Origin: Octopus sinensis
Taxonomy: Eukaryota
Length of the DNA stretch: 23,163 bases
Direction: 5' to 3'
NCBI RefSeq assembly: GCF_006345805.1
Contig: NW_021836654.1
Location: forward strand, 1 to 23,163
The translations under genes were made by a program, and so were the position numbers. Below, in pieces: positions 10,187 to 21,369 of this stretch (its first letter is position 1; each line of letters begins with the position of its first letter). The notes below the pieces were generated by a model. The model ran no database searches and was not told where the DNA came from. It saw only the letters and a list, made by a program, of their open reading frames with translations.

Positions 10187-11741
10187 CGGTAATTCGCGTA
10201 AATGGACATCTATCGAGACCTTTCGACATTGCACGTTCGGTCCGTCAGGGATGCCCCCTCTCGGCGCTTCTATACGTATTGACTCTTGAGCCACTACTGC
10301 GGAAGCTGGCGACTCTAAGGGGCATCCCGCGAGAATTGGGATGCGGGACGAGCGTGTCTGCATACGCGGACGACGTCACCGTCATAGTGTCTAGCCACGA
10401 GCACATCGAGCTGGTCGGCGAGACACTGAAAAACTACGAACGGTGACAGGAGCGAAAATCAACCGGAAAAGTCAGTGGGCTTGCGACTAGGCACCTGGAG
10501 AAGCAAGCCCATGCCGTCCACCAGCGCCTCCGTCGTGGCGCTGGACCGACGGCCCGGTTGAGTTGCTCGGGGTCTGGTTTGGTCGGACCTCCAAGTGGAG
10601 AAGAACTGGAACGAGATAACGAGTAGGGTGGTCACTCTCGCCCGGCAATGGGCCGAGAGGAAACTGTCCCTAAAAGGTCGAGCGGAGGTGGCGAACACGT
10701 ACATCGCGTCCGTCATCTACTACCGCCTGACCGTCGTACCTTGTCCCGACCCTCACCATCACCAAACTACAACGCATCCTCTTTCGCTTCTTGTGGAAAG
10801 GATGCGTCCCGATGGTCAGGCGATCCATTTGCTGTCAACACCCGTTAAAAGGAGGGCTGGGCATGCCGTGGTTGATGATGCGCAGACACGCGCTGAGACT
10901 GCGACATCTCTGGCTCTATGTAGACGACGGTGAACAGGTGTGGTCGCCGTTTGTGAGGCACGCTTTCCCGCAGCTCGTCTCCATGACCGAACTGCAGTCG
11001 TGGATCAAAAAGAGGCCGAGGAAGGGCGAATGGCACCGCGAGTGTCGCGTTACTCTCAAGCAACTCTGCCGTCCTGGGTCGACCTTAAGTGACTTCAACA
11101 CAACCAAAGCATTCTATAGGGGTTTAGTGGAGGGGAGGTACGACGACGAGCTCGGGGCGAACCTGGACGTCGACGAGGAGTACCTGACCCGCCTGTTCAG
11201 GACGACTTTCGGGCCAGGGCCCATGGACAACTTCCAGAGATCCCTGGCCTGGCAGTGCTACCGAGAAGCGCTACCCGTTCGGGATAAGCTCTACAGACAC
11301 GGCTCGAGAAACACGGGGCCGACCTGCCGAGATGCGGTCAGAGCGACGAAACCGTTCTGCACGCACTCGTTCAGTGTCCAACAATTTCCGACCTGTGGGC
11401 TTATGTCGAACAACTGCTGTCACGTGTGGGACGAGTCGGTTTATCAGCTGAGTCTATCGTCAATATTGTCACGCCTCTTCCTTCAAACGGGAAGGAAGAG
11501 CTATTTTCATCATCCTTGTGGCTATGGCGAAGGAATGTATCTGGTGGACGCGTCTGAAAGGATTGGAGACAAACACTTTCCTCTCTGGTCAATCTCTCAT
11601 CAACTTCTTCAAGTACACTTGAAAAGGAAAGTGAGAGTAGAGAGGCAAGTTTTGTCTAGCGAATGTTTTAAAAAAAGATGGGTGAATGTAGCAAGAATGG
11701 CACGTATGAATGACGAAGCCACCTTGAGCATAGTCCTATGA
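10186..11741 (+). pseudogene. Frameshifted ORF2 (reverse transcriptase plus zinc knuckle) of the Tx1-like element
   Basis: Manual reconstruction needs about 8 small indels (near 10441, 10466, 10538, 10584, 10753, 11328, 11477, 11616). Track ORFs 10595-10933 and 10791-11741 are pieces of it. No endonuclease domain is present (5' truncation). Confidence 0.9.
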
Positions 11742-12132
11742 ACCCAGAAATCGAAAACAGAGAGTTGCTTATTTGCAAAAAAAAAAAAAAAAAAAGAAAT
11801 ATAAAATGTGACTTCATTGACCGAGGTTACCGTGGTCTTTTCCGTAGGCTTTTCTTTCCACGGGTAAACCTCACCTGTCCTCCCCTTTACACTTCATATT
11901 GACATTTCTGTGATAACGATCCCTATTGATCAATTTTTTTTTTCCTCTCCCCCCTTTTTTTTAACCCCCCTTTTTTTTGTCCCCTTTCTCTCCTTTTACG
12001 ATCCCTTTTGATCGAAACTCCCCCTTCCTTTTTTTTTTCTTTTTCTTTTTCTTTTTTAAACCTTCAAAAGAAAAGCTCTACCTTGTAATTTGTTCTATCT
12101 GTGTGCAGCCCTGTGTGGCTAATAAAGAAACA
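10186..12132 (+). mobile_element. 5'-truncated non-LTR retrotransposon, L1/Tx1 clade (3' half of ORF2 plus 3' UTR)
   Basis: RT motifs VRQGCPLS (RQGCPLS at 10243-10263) and AYADDV (YADD at 10363-10374), then GAKIN.EKS, LSLKGRAEVANTYIASVIYY, GGLGMP, and a C-terminal zinc knuckle C-x2-C-x8-H-x4-C (TCPRCGQSDETVLHALVQC after one frame correction). Stop at 11741, pyrimidine-rich 3' UTR, AATAAA at 12121-12126. The 3' boundary is inferred. Confidence 0.92.
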
Positions 12133-12146
12133 TATCTATCTATCTA

Positions 12147-12185
<39 letters not shown>

Positions 12186-12199
12186 ATATATATATATAT
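12133..12199. repeat. (TATC)5-(TC)n-(TA)n at the 3' junction of the Tx1-like element
   Basis: Read directly from the sequence. Confidence 0.95.
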
Positions 12200-13007
12200 C
12201 TGAAATGCTTGCATTTCACTGTCCGGATGGGTGGCACTGCGAGCTAATTAATATGTATTTACATCACTTATCTACGGCGAGAAATTTTCTCCATGACAAA
12301 CCACAATGAATGGCTTGTCTACAAGTTCGAACGTGCCACTGACATATATTCTAACTGTAATAGCACAACATAGTGCTCACACCCCGTAATTTGTTTACGG
12401 TGGACCGCGGATTAGCGTTACCAGCCGACGAACTACGACAGGAATAGGATACAAAAGATGGTCTCCCTTATAAGCTTGCACCGTCACTATCCCGTTTCTG
12501 CGGCTGAAGAGCGCGTAACCACTCCGAAATACTTGCATCTCACAATTTGGATAGGTTGTGTATATATCTATGTGCATCTGTGTGTGAGTGTGTATACGTG
12601 TAATTATATGGATTGTGTGTGTGTGTGTGTGCGTGCGTGCGTGCGTGTGTGCAAATAATATAGAAATATACCTCACATGAAGTTTGGACACGTCGATAAT
12701 ATATCGTGCTTACTTTGTTCCGATGTACCTATTATTGAGGTTGTTGCTTATGATCTTTAATGAGCATTTAATGTAGGGTAGATCGATAGGCATGTACTCT
12801 TTCCATGTATGAAATAAATCATCAAAGAAAACGAAAGAGAACAAGGGATGTTTTTCGAATTAAATGGGACAAGGACACATAAAATATAGGCGGAGAAAAT
12901 TAATTATAACTTATACATTACTTCAATTGTTAGACATACATATCTCACATACACCTATCTCTTATTATCCGTTATTTACTCTCTCTACTTGTCTTTTTAT
13001 CCTTCTC

Positions 13008-13010
<3 letters not shown>

Positions 13011-13057
<47 letters not shown>

Positions 13058-13134
13058 ACTGTACCCATATACGTGCGTGTATACATGCATACATACACAC
13101 CACACATGTATATATATAATATATAGAGAGAGAG

Positions 13135-13169
<35 letters not shown>

Positions 13170-13190
13170 CAGATAGATATAGATATATAT
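13011..13190. repeat. Compound (TA)n / (GA)n / (GATA)n microsatellite
   Basis: Read directly from the sequence. Confidence 0.95.
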
Positions 13191-13555
13191 CGCGAATGGT
13201 CAAAAGAGAAGTAGAGAGAGTAAATAAAAAGATATAATGAGAGATTGGTGCATGTGAGATATGTGTGACTAACAATTGAAGTGATTTATAATAAATTATA
13301 AAAACCGCCCTGCAGCCTTTTTCTGCTAGCGTATGTATTGCGCATATTGATGTTATATATGCATATAGATGTGATACATTAATTATGAAGTAAATTGACA
13401 ATATGCGTATGAATTGAACTAAGACTTTGTGAAATTTAAATCAGTAAAATAATCCATGATTAATATTCGTTTATAATTTGTTCGAAATAATAGACTTTTT
13501 TCAATATAGTGGGAAAAAACTTGACGTTCTTCCGCTTCGTCAAACGTCTTATAAT

Positions 13556-13573
13556 TAGACAGATAGATAAATT

Positions 13574-13611
<38 letters not shown>

Positions 13612-13617
13612 AAGAGA

Positions 13618-13662
<45 letters not shown>
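13556..13662. repeat. (GATA)n-(GA)n microsatellite
   Basis: Read directly from the sequence. Confidence 0.95.
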
Positions 13663-14322
13663 GGCTCTTTGTTTATTTGCTTGTTTGTTTTTCGCTTTAT
13701 TACATCTTTTACGGAGATGTACTTGCATAGCAAGCGCGCTGAAACAAAAACCCTTTGCTTCGCTTCAACATTTAAATTTCAATTGTGTCAAAACATTTTC
13801 GTCGCTTTGAAATTGCGACTTATTCACGGACAAACTTGGTGAATGAAATTTAAATATTAAAGCAAAACAAATAATTTTTATGTTGTCTTCAATGGCTCAG
13901 AAATATCCTCCACACTGCAATTGTTCACATTTTTTGCGAAAGCGATGAATAAGTATTTGTTTACATATGGATTCCATTTAAAACAGAAGTGAATCTTGTA
14001 ATATTAAGTATTATTTTTTTTTAATGTTTACTATTCAAATAAAGTTTAGAGTTTAAATTTCCTTTAATATTCATTTATAATTTCTTGAAAGTAATATGAC
14101 TTTTTTAATAACATGGGGAAAAATAACCTGGACTCAGTCTCATATTTCTTCATTCTTTATATTATATGGATTGCAAATTAATGGTGCCGTTGATAATTTT
14201 TTCCTTACCTCAATGATGCCGGTTACATATATTATATGTCGCTTATAGAGAGTTATATTCAGAAAAGATATCCGACTATATTATCACCAACAAATTTGTG
14301 AAACAATCATATATTATTTTTT

Positions 14323-14398
14323 CGGTTGAATTTGAACTCAGAACGTTGCGGCAGACGAAATACCGCTAAGCATTTCGCCCGGCGTGCTAAATTTTCTG
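14323..14398 (-). mobile_element. SINE family A, head-only fragment
   Basis: Reverse complement CAGAAAATTTAGCACGCCGGGCGAAATGCTTAGCGGTATTTCGTCTGCCGCAACGTTCTGAGTTCAAATTC matches 22702-22772 and 1-55. Confidence 0.88.
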
Positions 14399-14894
14399 GC
14401 TGTCATATTCGCTCTGCGCACACAGGTGTTAACTTTCGTGAAGTGGTAACATCATTATCACCCTACACATTATGGGCAATTTGGAAGGCGTCACAACTGT
14501 CATGTGACCTACACAATGATTCGTATCTCTTCGGCAACTCTCAATGCGCATATGTGTGTAAGTATGTATGTATGTGCACACACGTTTTCTGTATTATTAT
14601 ATACTCTCCGTAATTTTCCCTTCCTCACATAATAAATTGTCCTTCAACTAATATTTTGTCTATCATTTACGTCATAGTCCCTACATCCCGGGCGTCGCCA
14701 GAGGGAACAGCAAGGGGGTTAGTTGTCTTTTCTTTTAAATGTGCCGAAACTACTTTGTATCTTGTTTCCAGGGCAAATGAGAGGTTTTTCCACATTTATT
14801 TGATCTTTGTCGCTTCCCCATAATTTTTTTTTTCATCTCACTGTCCCCATACCGCACGTCGGGTGTGGAATTGATCGCAGTGAGATGAAGGGAG

Positions 14895-14999
14895 AAGAAA
14901 TGTTTTGCTCAAGAACACAACGTACCACACGGCTGAGGAATTGAAACCATAATCACGCGATCATGAGTGCAACACCCTAAGTACTAGCCCATGCGGCCT
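14895..14999 (-). mobile_element. tRNA-derived SINE head plus the start of the CORE-like block (C/E superfamily)
   Basis: Reverse complement AGGCCGCATGGGCTAGTACTTAGGG...GGTTTCAATTCCT...GTTGTGTTCTTGAGCAAAACATTTC. Confidence 0.75.
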
Positions 15000-15004
15000 A
15001 TGTA

Positions 15005-15038
<34 letters not shown>

Positions 15039-15062
15039 ATATACATATATATATGCATACAT

Positions 15063-15114
<52 letters not shown>

Positions 15115-15133
15115 ATGTGTGTGTGTGTGTGTA
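15000..15133. repeat. (TG)/(TA)/(CA)/(TA)/(TG) microsatellite containing a 62-bp near-perfect palindrome
   Basis: 15073-15114 is a perfect 42-bp palindrome and extends to 15063-15124 with one mismatch. Confidence 0.92.
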
Positions 15134-15134
15134 T

Positions 15135-15200
15135 GGCGGTGCTCCGTGCCCCGGCATGGCCACAGTTCGTGACCTGAAACTAGATAAAATAAAAAGAAAT
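15135..15200 (+). mobile_element. SINE family D, 3' tail fragment
   Basis: GGCGGTGCTCC...GCATGGCCACAGT...GACCTGAAACTAGATAAAA matches the reverse complement of 3479-3527. Confidence 0.7.
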
Positions 15201-15881
15201 TTTAAAAATATACACACACATACACACACACACACAAACTCACACACATATATATATATGCGTGTGTATGTGCCTAATTGTGACTGCGTTGAACACATTT
15301 TAATACGGGTTCTGAAAATCTGTAGCAAAAGATTCAGGAAATAGTTACCGATAAATATACGTACCGAAATGACATGAGAACCGCAAAAGATTTGGTCCAC
15401 GAAAACTCGTGTTCATTGTTCTGCCTCTCAGCCACATTCTTCTAAATGAAAGCTGAAAAAGAGTGCACGAGTGAAAGAACGTCACACGATTTGTCAAGCG
15501 TGTTTCTTGATGCAACCAGTGCGAAAAAAAATGTAAGGAAGTGTAAAATGTGTTGTCATCTGTGGATGATTATGTTTTATAAAATGTGTTGTCATCTGTG
15601 GATTATGTTTCTTTTTTTAATGTATGCGACAAAAGATTACGAATGTACCGAAAATGTGTGGGAAGCATAAAAATAAAATTTTTACTCACTCGAAATACAG
15701 GATTAGGACGAGAATCACTGAATGCTCCCAGCTGTAAATACTCAACATATTTTGGCTATATAAACTTAAATCTTATTCAAGCAAGGGCGTATATCTTTTA
15801 GTATGCTTAGCTACTTGGGTTGACAAGAATGTGCCCTCACGTTCAAATCCATGTCCATGATATTATACTACGATATACTAC

Positions 15882-16379
15882 TACTACTACTATGGCAATC
15901 CCTCAAGGTCGAGGATGATGGTCTTCGCGCAAATTTATTGGTGAGTCCGCAGGTGGCTGATAAGACCAATTCTTGCTCGAAAAGATCGGTCACAGTGCTG
16001 ACATCTAGTGCTGGAAGGGAGAGTCGCACGTGATGTTGTTGGCGCTCCTTCCGTCGTCGTCTTTCTCCTCCAGTCTGCAGACCTTTTCGACTCGAAATCG
16101 CCGTTCCCTCATGGATGGTGGTTTCCGGAGTGGTCTGTCTTTTGCCGTTTCCTCCCAGTTGGTGAAGTCAATGTCACACTTTTTGAGGTTCGATTTCAGG
16201 GAGTCCTTGTAGCGTTTCTTCTGGCCTCCTTTTGTACACTTGCCGTCTTTGAGTTGGGAGTAGAAGATCTGTTTGGGAAGTCGTTCGTCAGTCATTCTAA
16301 CCACGTGGCTGCTCCATCTTAGTTAGCCTTTGATGACATAGGCTTCGATGCAGGTCATTTTTGCTTCTTGTAGCACGCT
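15882..16379 (-). mobile_element. 5'-truncated RTE-clade (BovB-like) LINE with (TAG)n tail and 10-bp TSD
   Basis: Minus strand encodes SVLQEAKMTCIEAYVIK..LRWS.HVVRMTDERLPKQIFYSQLKDGKCTKGGQKKRYKDSLKSNLKKCDIDFTNWEETAKDR, typical of the RTE post-RT region, and a terminal C2H2 finger CQHCDRSFRARIGLISHLRTHQ*. A short 3' UTR ends in (TAG)n. GATATACTAC is duplicated at 15872-15881 and 16380-16389. Confidence 0.92.
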
Positions 16380-16879
16380 GATATACTACAATGGACTGAA
16401 CAGTAGAGCAAAATGCTATTGAACGGGATTTATTTGAGGAGAATCAATGAAAAAGACAGGCCGGGTTGGAGCGTTCTTATTTTTCGATGTGAAACTTTTT
16501 TCATGTTCCAGTTAAACATTAGAACCTGATCAATCACTCTTTTGACGTACTAGAAGCACATGGGACTGGCTTCCATGTTCTAGATCATATTTTCATTCCC
16601 TACATCTGTTCCACACTTATTCTACTCCTAAATACACTTTTAGTCAGATGTTTGTTTCCCACCCTGCATGCACCATGGTATAGTGTACTCATATATAGCA
16701 GAGTTATGACCAAACATGTGAATAAATTTCGTACAAGACAAAGTGAAAGAAGCCCGATGTATGTATACTGTATAGATACAGTAGATACAAAAGGTTATAT
16801 AACAACCCTTCGAGTAATAATAAAAATAATATAAACCAACCGAAGAATAGACTTACAAAAATGTTATATATATATATAT

Positions 16880-17098
16880 ATCAAACTAAGCAGCAGGATA
16901 TCCAGAGGTGATGCAGTACGATCGTTTCAAGGGACTCTATTTAATTGAACAATGTAATCATTACATCAATTTAAATGCAGAGCTATCCTCAGCTGCATAA
17001 ATAAACACATATATGAAAGAATGAATGAATAAATAAATAGAAGTCGCTTGAAATGATCGTAGTGCATCACGTCACGATATGCTGTTGCTTATTTTGAT
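16880..17098. mobile_element. MITE-like foldback element, ~220 bp, with ~64-bp imperfect terminal inverted repeats
   Basis: 16880-16943 (ATCAAACTAAGCAGCAGGATATCCAGAGGTGATGCAGTACGATCGTTTCAAGGGACTCTATTTA) matches the reverse complement of 17034-17098 with about 9 mismatches and 1 gap. The spacer is AT-rich and no clean TSD is visible. Confidence 0.75.
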
Positions 17099-17182
17099 TT
17101 TATTCACCTTATTTCAAAGTGTACGGATAATTCCGCACTAATTTTTGGTGCCTCAACTTAAGCACCTAATCCATCCGAATCT

Positions 17183-17201
17183 TATATATATATATATAAT
17201 C

Positions 17202-17240
<39 letters not shown>
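17183..17240. repeat. (TA)n microsatellite
   Basis: Read directly from the sequence. Confidence 0.95.
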
Positions 17241-17243
<3 letters not shown>

Positions 17244-17499
17244 CATATAATTTAAATAACGAGGGTGACAAATTGAATATTAATTTAATTATTATCAACT
17301 TAAAACAAGAAGCTTAGCTTATAGTAAAATCGGAAAAATAAGAAAAAATTGCAATACATCTGTATATTTAGGGATGACGATTAAGTGGATAACAAATATG
17401 CTAGAAGAAGGTCACATTCAATCTAACTACAAAGAAAAGAAGGTTCTCAAGAGAAATTCATCAAACACCAGAACATAAGCGTGTAAGACACGTTAACAT

Positions 17500-17680
17500 A
17501 TATAATATAATAATAATGATAATAATAATATATAATAATAATAATAATATAATAATAATATAACATAATAAATAATATAATAATAATAATAATAAAAGAA
17601 GAGAAGAAGAAGAAGAAGAAGAAGAAGAAAAGAAGAAGAAGAAGAAAAAGAAGAATGAGAAAAAGAAGGAGGAGAAGAAC

Positions 17681-17752
<72 letters not shown>
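17500..17752. repeat. Compound (AAT)n-(AAG)n-(GATA)n microsatellite
   Basis: Read directly from the sequence. Confidence 0.95.
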
Positions 17753-17753
<1 letters not shown>

Positions 17754-18604
17754 GAGTGCAAGGAAGAGGGAGACAGACAGACAGTCTGACTAAGGGAGAA
17801 AATTCCAAGGAAACGCTACAAAGAGAAGTATAACAATTTAGGATATAAATGTTATTTTCTAGTAATAAATATAAAATTTGAACGAGACAGGATGCAAAAA
17901 CCTTCTTATGTGTTTCTTGCTTATATCTTAGAATTGACATAGTAAAATTACTTAGAAATGTCAGAAAATATTTCGTGTTCTCACTAAAAGCGATTTACAT
18001 AGCGCCATTAAAAAAAGAACGTTAGTTAGTATTTCGAGTACCGTTAATCCTCTCGTAAATATTTTTTTGAAAAAGATTTTGTTTAAAGATTTAGAATTGT
18101 TCATTTATTCATTTATTTAATTTTTTTCGTGTTTCCATATTTGTTACTTTTCGTAAATTTGACGCTAGCAGAAGAATATTTGGGTTGGATGCGAGACTAA
18201 ATTACCTACGGTAAGATTGCCAGTTATAGTGGAATAACATATATCATTAGCATCAGCAGGTGGTCTGTCGATATCACGTGGTAGAAAAAGACCGGGAAAC
18301 AGCGGGATGCCGTTGGGAAACGGAAGAAAACTTTGCTAATTACGGACGGCATTATAGAAGGAAAAGTGAGAGTGATAGACTGGAAAAAAGGGGAAAGGGT
18401 GAGCAGTCGTAAGAATTGGAGAGTAAGAGAGCGAGAAGGAGAGAGAGGGAAAGAGAAAGGGAGCTGATGGGGGATGGGAGGGTTTGAACGTGATACAGTG
18501 AAAAGGAATAAGAATTGTGGAGGGAGGGAAAAACATGTAATTTTAAGAAAGACTCATACATGTGCACATACACTAGCACACACGGAAAACATACAAACCG
18601 ATCT

Positions 18605-18620
18605 CACACACATATATATT

Positions 18621-18670
<50 letters not shown>

Positions 18671-18672
18671 CG

Positions 18673-18714
<42 letters not shown>

Positions 18715-18806
18715 ATGTATATATATGTGTATATATATATATATATATTATATATATATATACAAATATATATATATATGTATATGTATATATAATGTAT
18801 ATATAT

Positions 18807-18855
<49 letters not shown>

Positions 18856-18875
18856 ATATATGTATATATTTATAT
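18605..18875. repeat. Long imperfect (TA)n array
   Basis: Read directly from the sequence. Confidence 0.95.
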
Positions 18876-19641
18876 AGAGAGATAGATAAATAGATAGGGA
18901 GTGAGAGGAAGACGGAGAGAGAGAAAGACAGACAGACTGACTGAAGGGGAGAATTGTCAAGCATGCAAATGAGTTCTGGGGTAAAAACAAGAGAGAAAAC
19001 AGAGCGGGAAGGGAAATATATAAGAAAGGGTACGAATAAAGAAAAAAGGGCTCAAGTAGAAAAGAAAGAAACTGAAATTTAAATAAAATTAATGATAAAG
19101 GGGCAATACAATAAAAGGAGCTAAAACAAGGAACAGAAAGAATAGAAGAAAACAATCAGAACAAAAGCTGCAATGTATATTAAAAGAGGTGAAGATAAAA
19201 GAAAAGTTATCAGGGATGCCATGATGAGATACTTGAATGAGATTCAGAGTTGCAGAGAGGCAGAAAGAGGGAGAAAGAGAGAGAGGAGAGAGAGAGAGAG
19301 ACAGAGAGACAGAGACGAAGAAAATGTGAGGGAAGTGAGAGAGAGAACAAGGGATACAGAAAAAAAAATACTTAGGTAAAATAAGTAGAGAGAAAGAAAT
19401 ATAAAGAGAGAAAGGAGAGAGAAAGAGGAAATGAGGGAGAGAGGCACAGTGACGTAGAGACACATACGCAAAGGCCTAAAAAGTGAGACGGACGGTGTGG
19501 GAGGGTGTCAGAGCGGAGTAATGGACCTTTTATTGAAGGCAATAGAAACAGCAGGGAGTCAAAGTTCTAACAAAATCCACAGTTGATAGGATTTGTTCAT
19601 TATTGAAAACTTGTCTGGTGGTACTTTTTGTTCGTTCATAA

Positions 19642-19666
19642 TCATCTATTTATCTATCTATCTATA

Positions 19667-19742
<76 letters not shown>

Positions 19743-20027
19743 AATCTATCTATATATCTATCTATCTGTATGTCTGTCTGTCTGTCTGTCTATCTATCTG
19801 TCTATCTGTCTGTCTATCTATATATCTATCTATCTAACTACCCATCTATCTGTCGATCCTTCTATCTATCTAACTGTCTGTCTATCTATCTATCCATCCA
19901 TCTATCTATCTATCCTCCACCTATCTAACTAACTATCTATCTATCTATATGTCTGTCTATCTATCTGTCTGTCTCTCTGTCTATCTATTTATCTATCTAC
20001 CATATATCTATCTATCTATCTACCATA

Positions 20028-20086
<59 letters not shown>

Positions 20087-20120
20087 TTATCCATCTATCT
20101 ATCTGTTTGTCTATCTACAT
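19642..20120. repeat. ~480-bp (TATC)n/(TGTC)n array (GATA/GACA type)
   Basis: Read directly; it accounts for the LSIY-repeat ORFs. Confidence 0.97.
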
Positions 20121-20572
20121 ATAGATATTGACACATGTATAGACATATACATATGTATAAATACATACACACACACACACATATATGTACATATATAAGA
20201 TGTATACATACACACATTCACACGTCGATAAGCAAATGTAAGTGTGTGTTTATATATTTGCATATATGTGGGGGACTGTGTTTTTTTTTTGTCTGACATG
20301 AAAATCGTACCCTGAGGTGTAAGAAAAAGAAAAGTTCGGACGGCATGAGAAAGAAGGATAGACAAAAAAAAAAGATGAAACCAACAAAAACAGTAAAATA
20401 TTGAAAAAGCAAATATAACGTGCTCACAACAAGAACAACATGAATAACAAAAAAAGTAATGGGAAACACTTAAATAACACATATATGCTGAAAGAGAACA
20501 GGGAAACGAAGAAGATAAGAAGGAAAATGTTTAAAATTTACAAATCTTACCCGAATACAATCAATACAATTT

Positions 20573-20574
<2 letters not shown>

Positions 20575-20605
<31 letters not shown>

Positions 20606-20745
20606 GTAATAATAATAATAGTAATTAATTTTATTTTATCGGTACGAGAAGAAGAAGAAGAAGAAGAAGAAGAAGAAGAAGAGAAAAAGAAGAAGAAGAA
20701 AAGAAGAAGAAGAAGAAGAAGAAGAAGAAGAAGAAGAAGAAGAAG

Positions 20746-20776
<31 letters not shown>

Positions 20777-21310
20777 GGAAGTAGAAGTGAGGTGGAGACG
20801 GAAAGGAAAAAGGCAGAGGTGTGAGGAACATGTTGGAGGAGAAGGTGTAGAAGAGATAGAGAGGTGTAGTTGTACCACGAGAAGAAGAAGAAGAAGAAGA
20901 AGAAGAAGAAGAAGAAGAAGAATAGTAGTACCACGAAAAAATGAAGAAGAAGAGGGAGAAGAAGACGAAGAAGTAGGGGAGGAGAAGAAAAAAGACGAAA
21001 GGGAGGAGAGGAAGAAGAAGAGGAAGAAGAAAGATGAAGGGAGAGGAAAAGAAAAGGAAAATGGTAGAGCGATGAGGGAAATGTAGGAGGAGAAGGTGTA
21101 GAAGAGATAGAGATATGTAGTAGTACCAGAAGAACAAGAAATAGAAGAAAAAAACGATGATGATGAGGGCGAGGAGGAGGATGATGAAGATGATGGCTAT
21201 CATGAAGGCGAAGATGATGATGATGATGATGATGATGATTTGATGTTGATGATGATTACGACGATGATGATGATGATATTTAATTGATAATGATGACGAT
21301 GATGATGATA

Positions 21311-21369
<59 letters not shown>

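Noticed and set aside
10791-11741. 316-aa ORF as a host protein-coding gene
   Set aside because: It is part of the retrotransposon ORF2. Residues between about 11328 and 11616 are out-of-frame read-through between three compensating deletions.
13419-13560. Minus-strand KRILIMD resembling a pogo/DDE motif
   Set aside because: It is a single short motif with no supporting residues or termini.
15480-15610. Possible piggyBac cysteine-rich C-terminus (ICQAC...CKMC) and a 36-bp-period duplication at 15544-15610
   Set aside because: The Cys motifs are in different frames, and no DDD core, TIR or TTAA was found. The duplication is real but trivial.
16008-16322. Plus-strand ORFs of 104 aa and 60 aa
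   Set aside because: They are antisense shadows of the RTE fragment.
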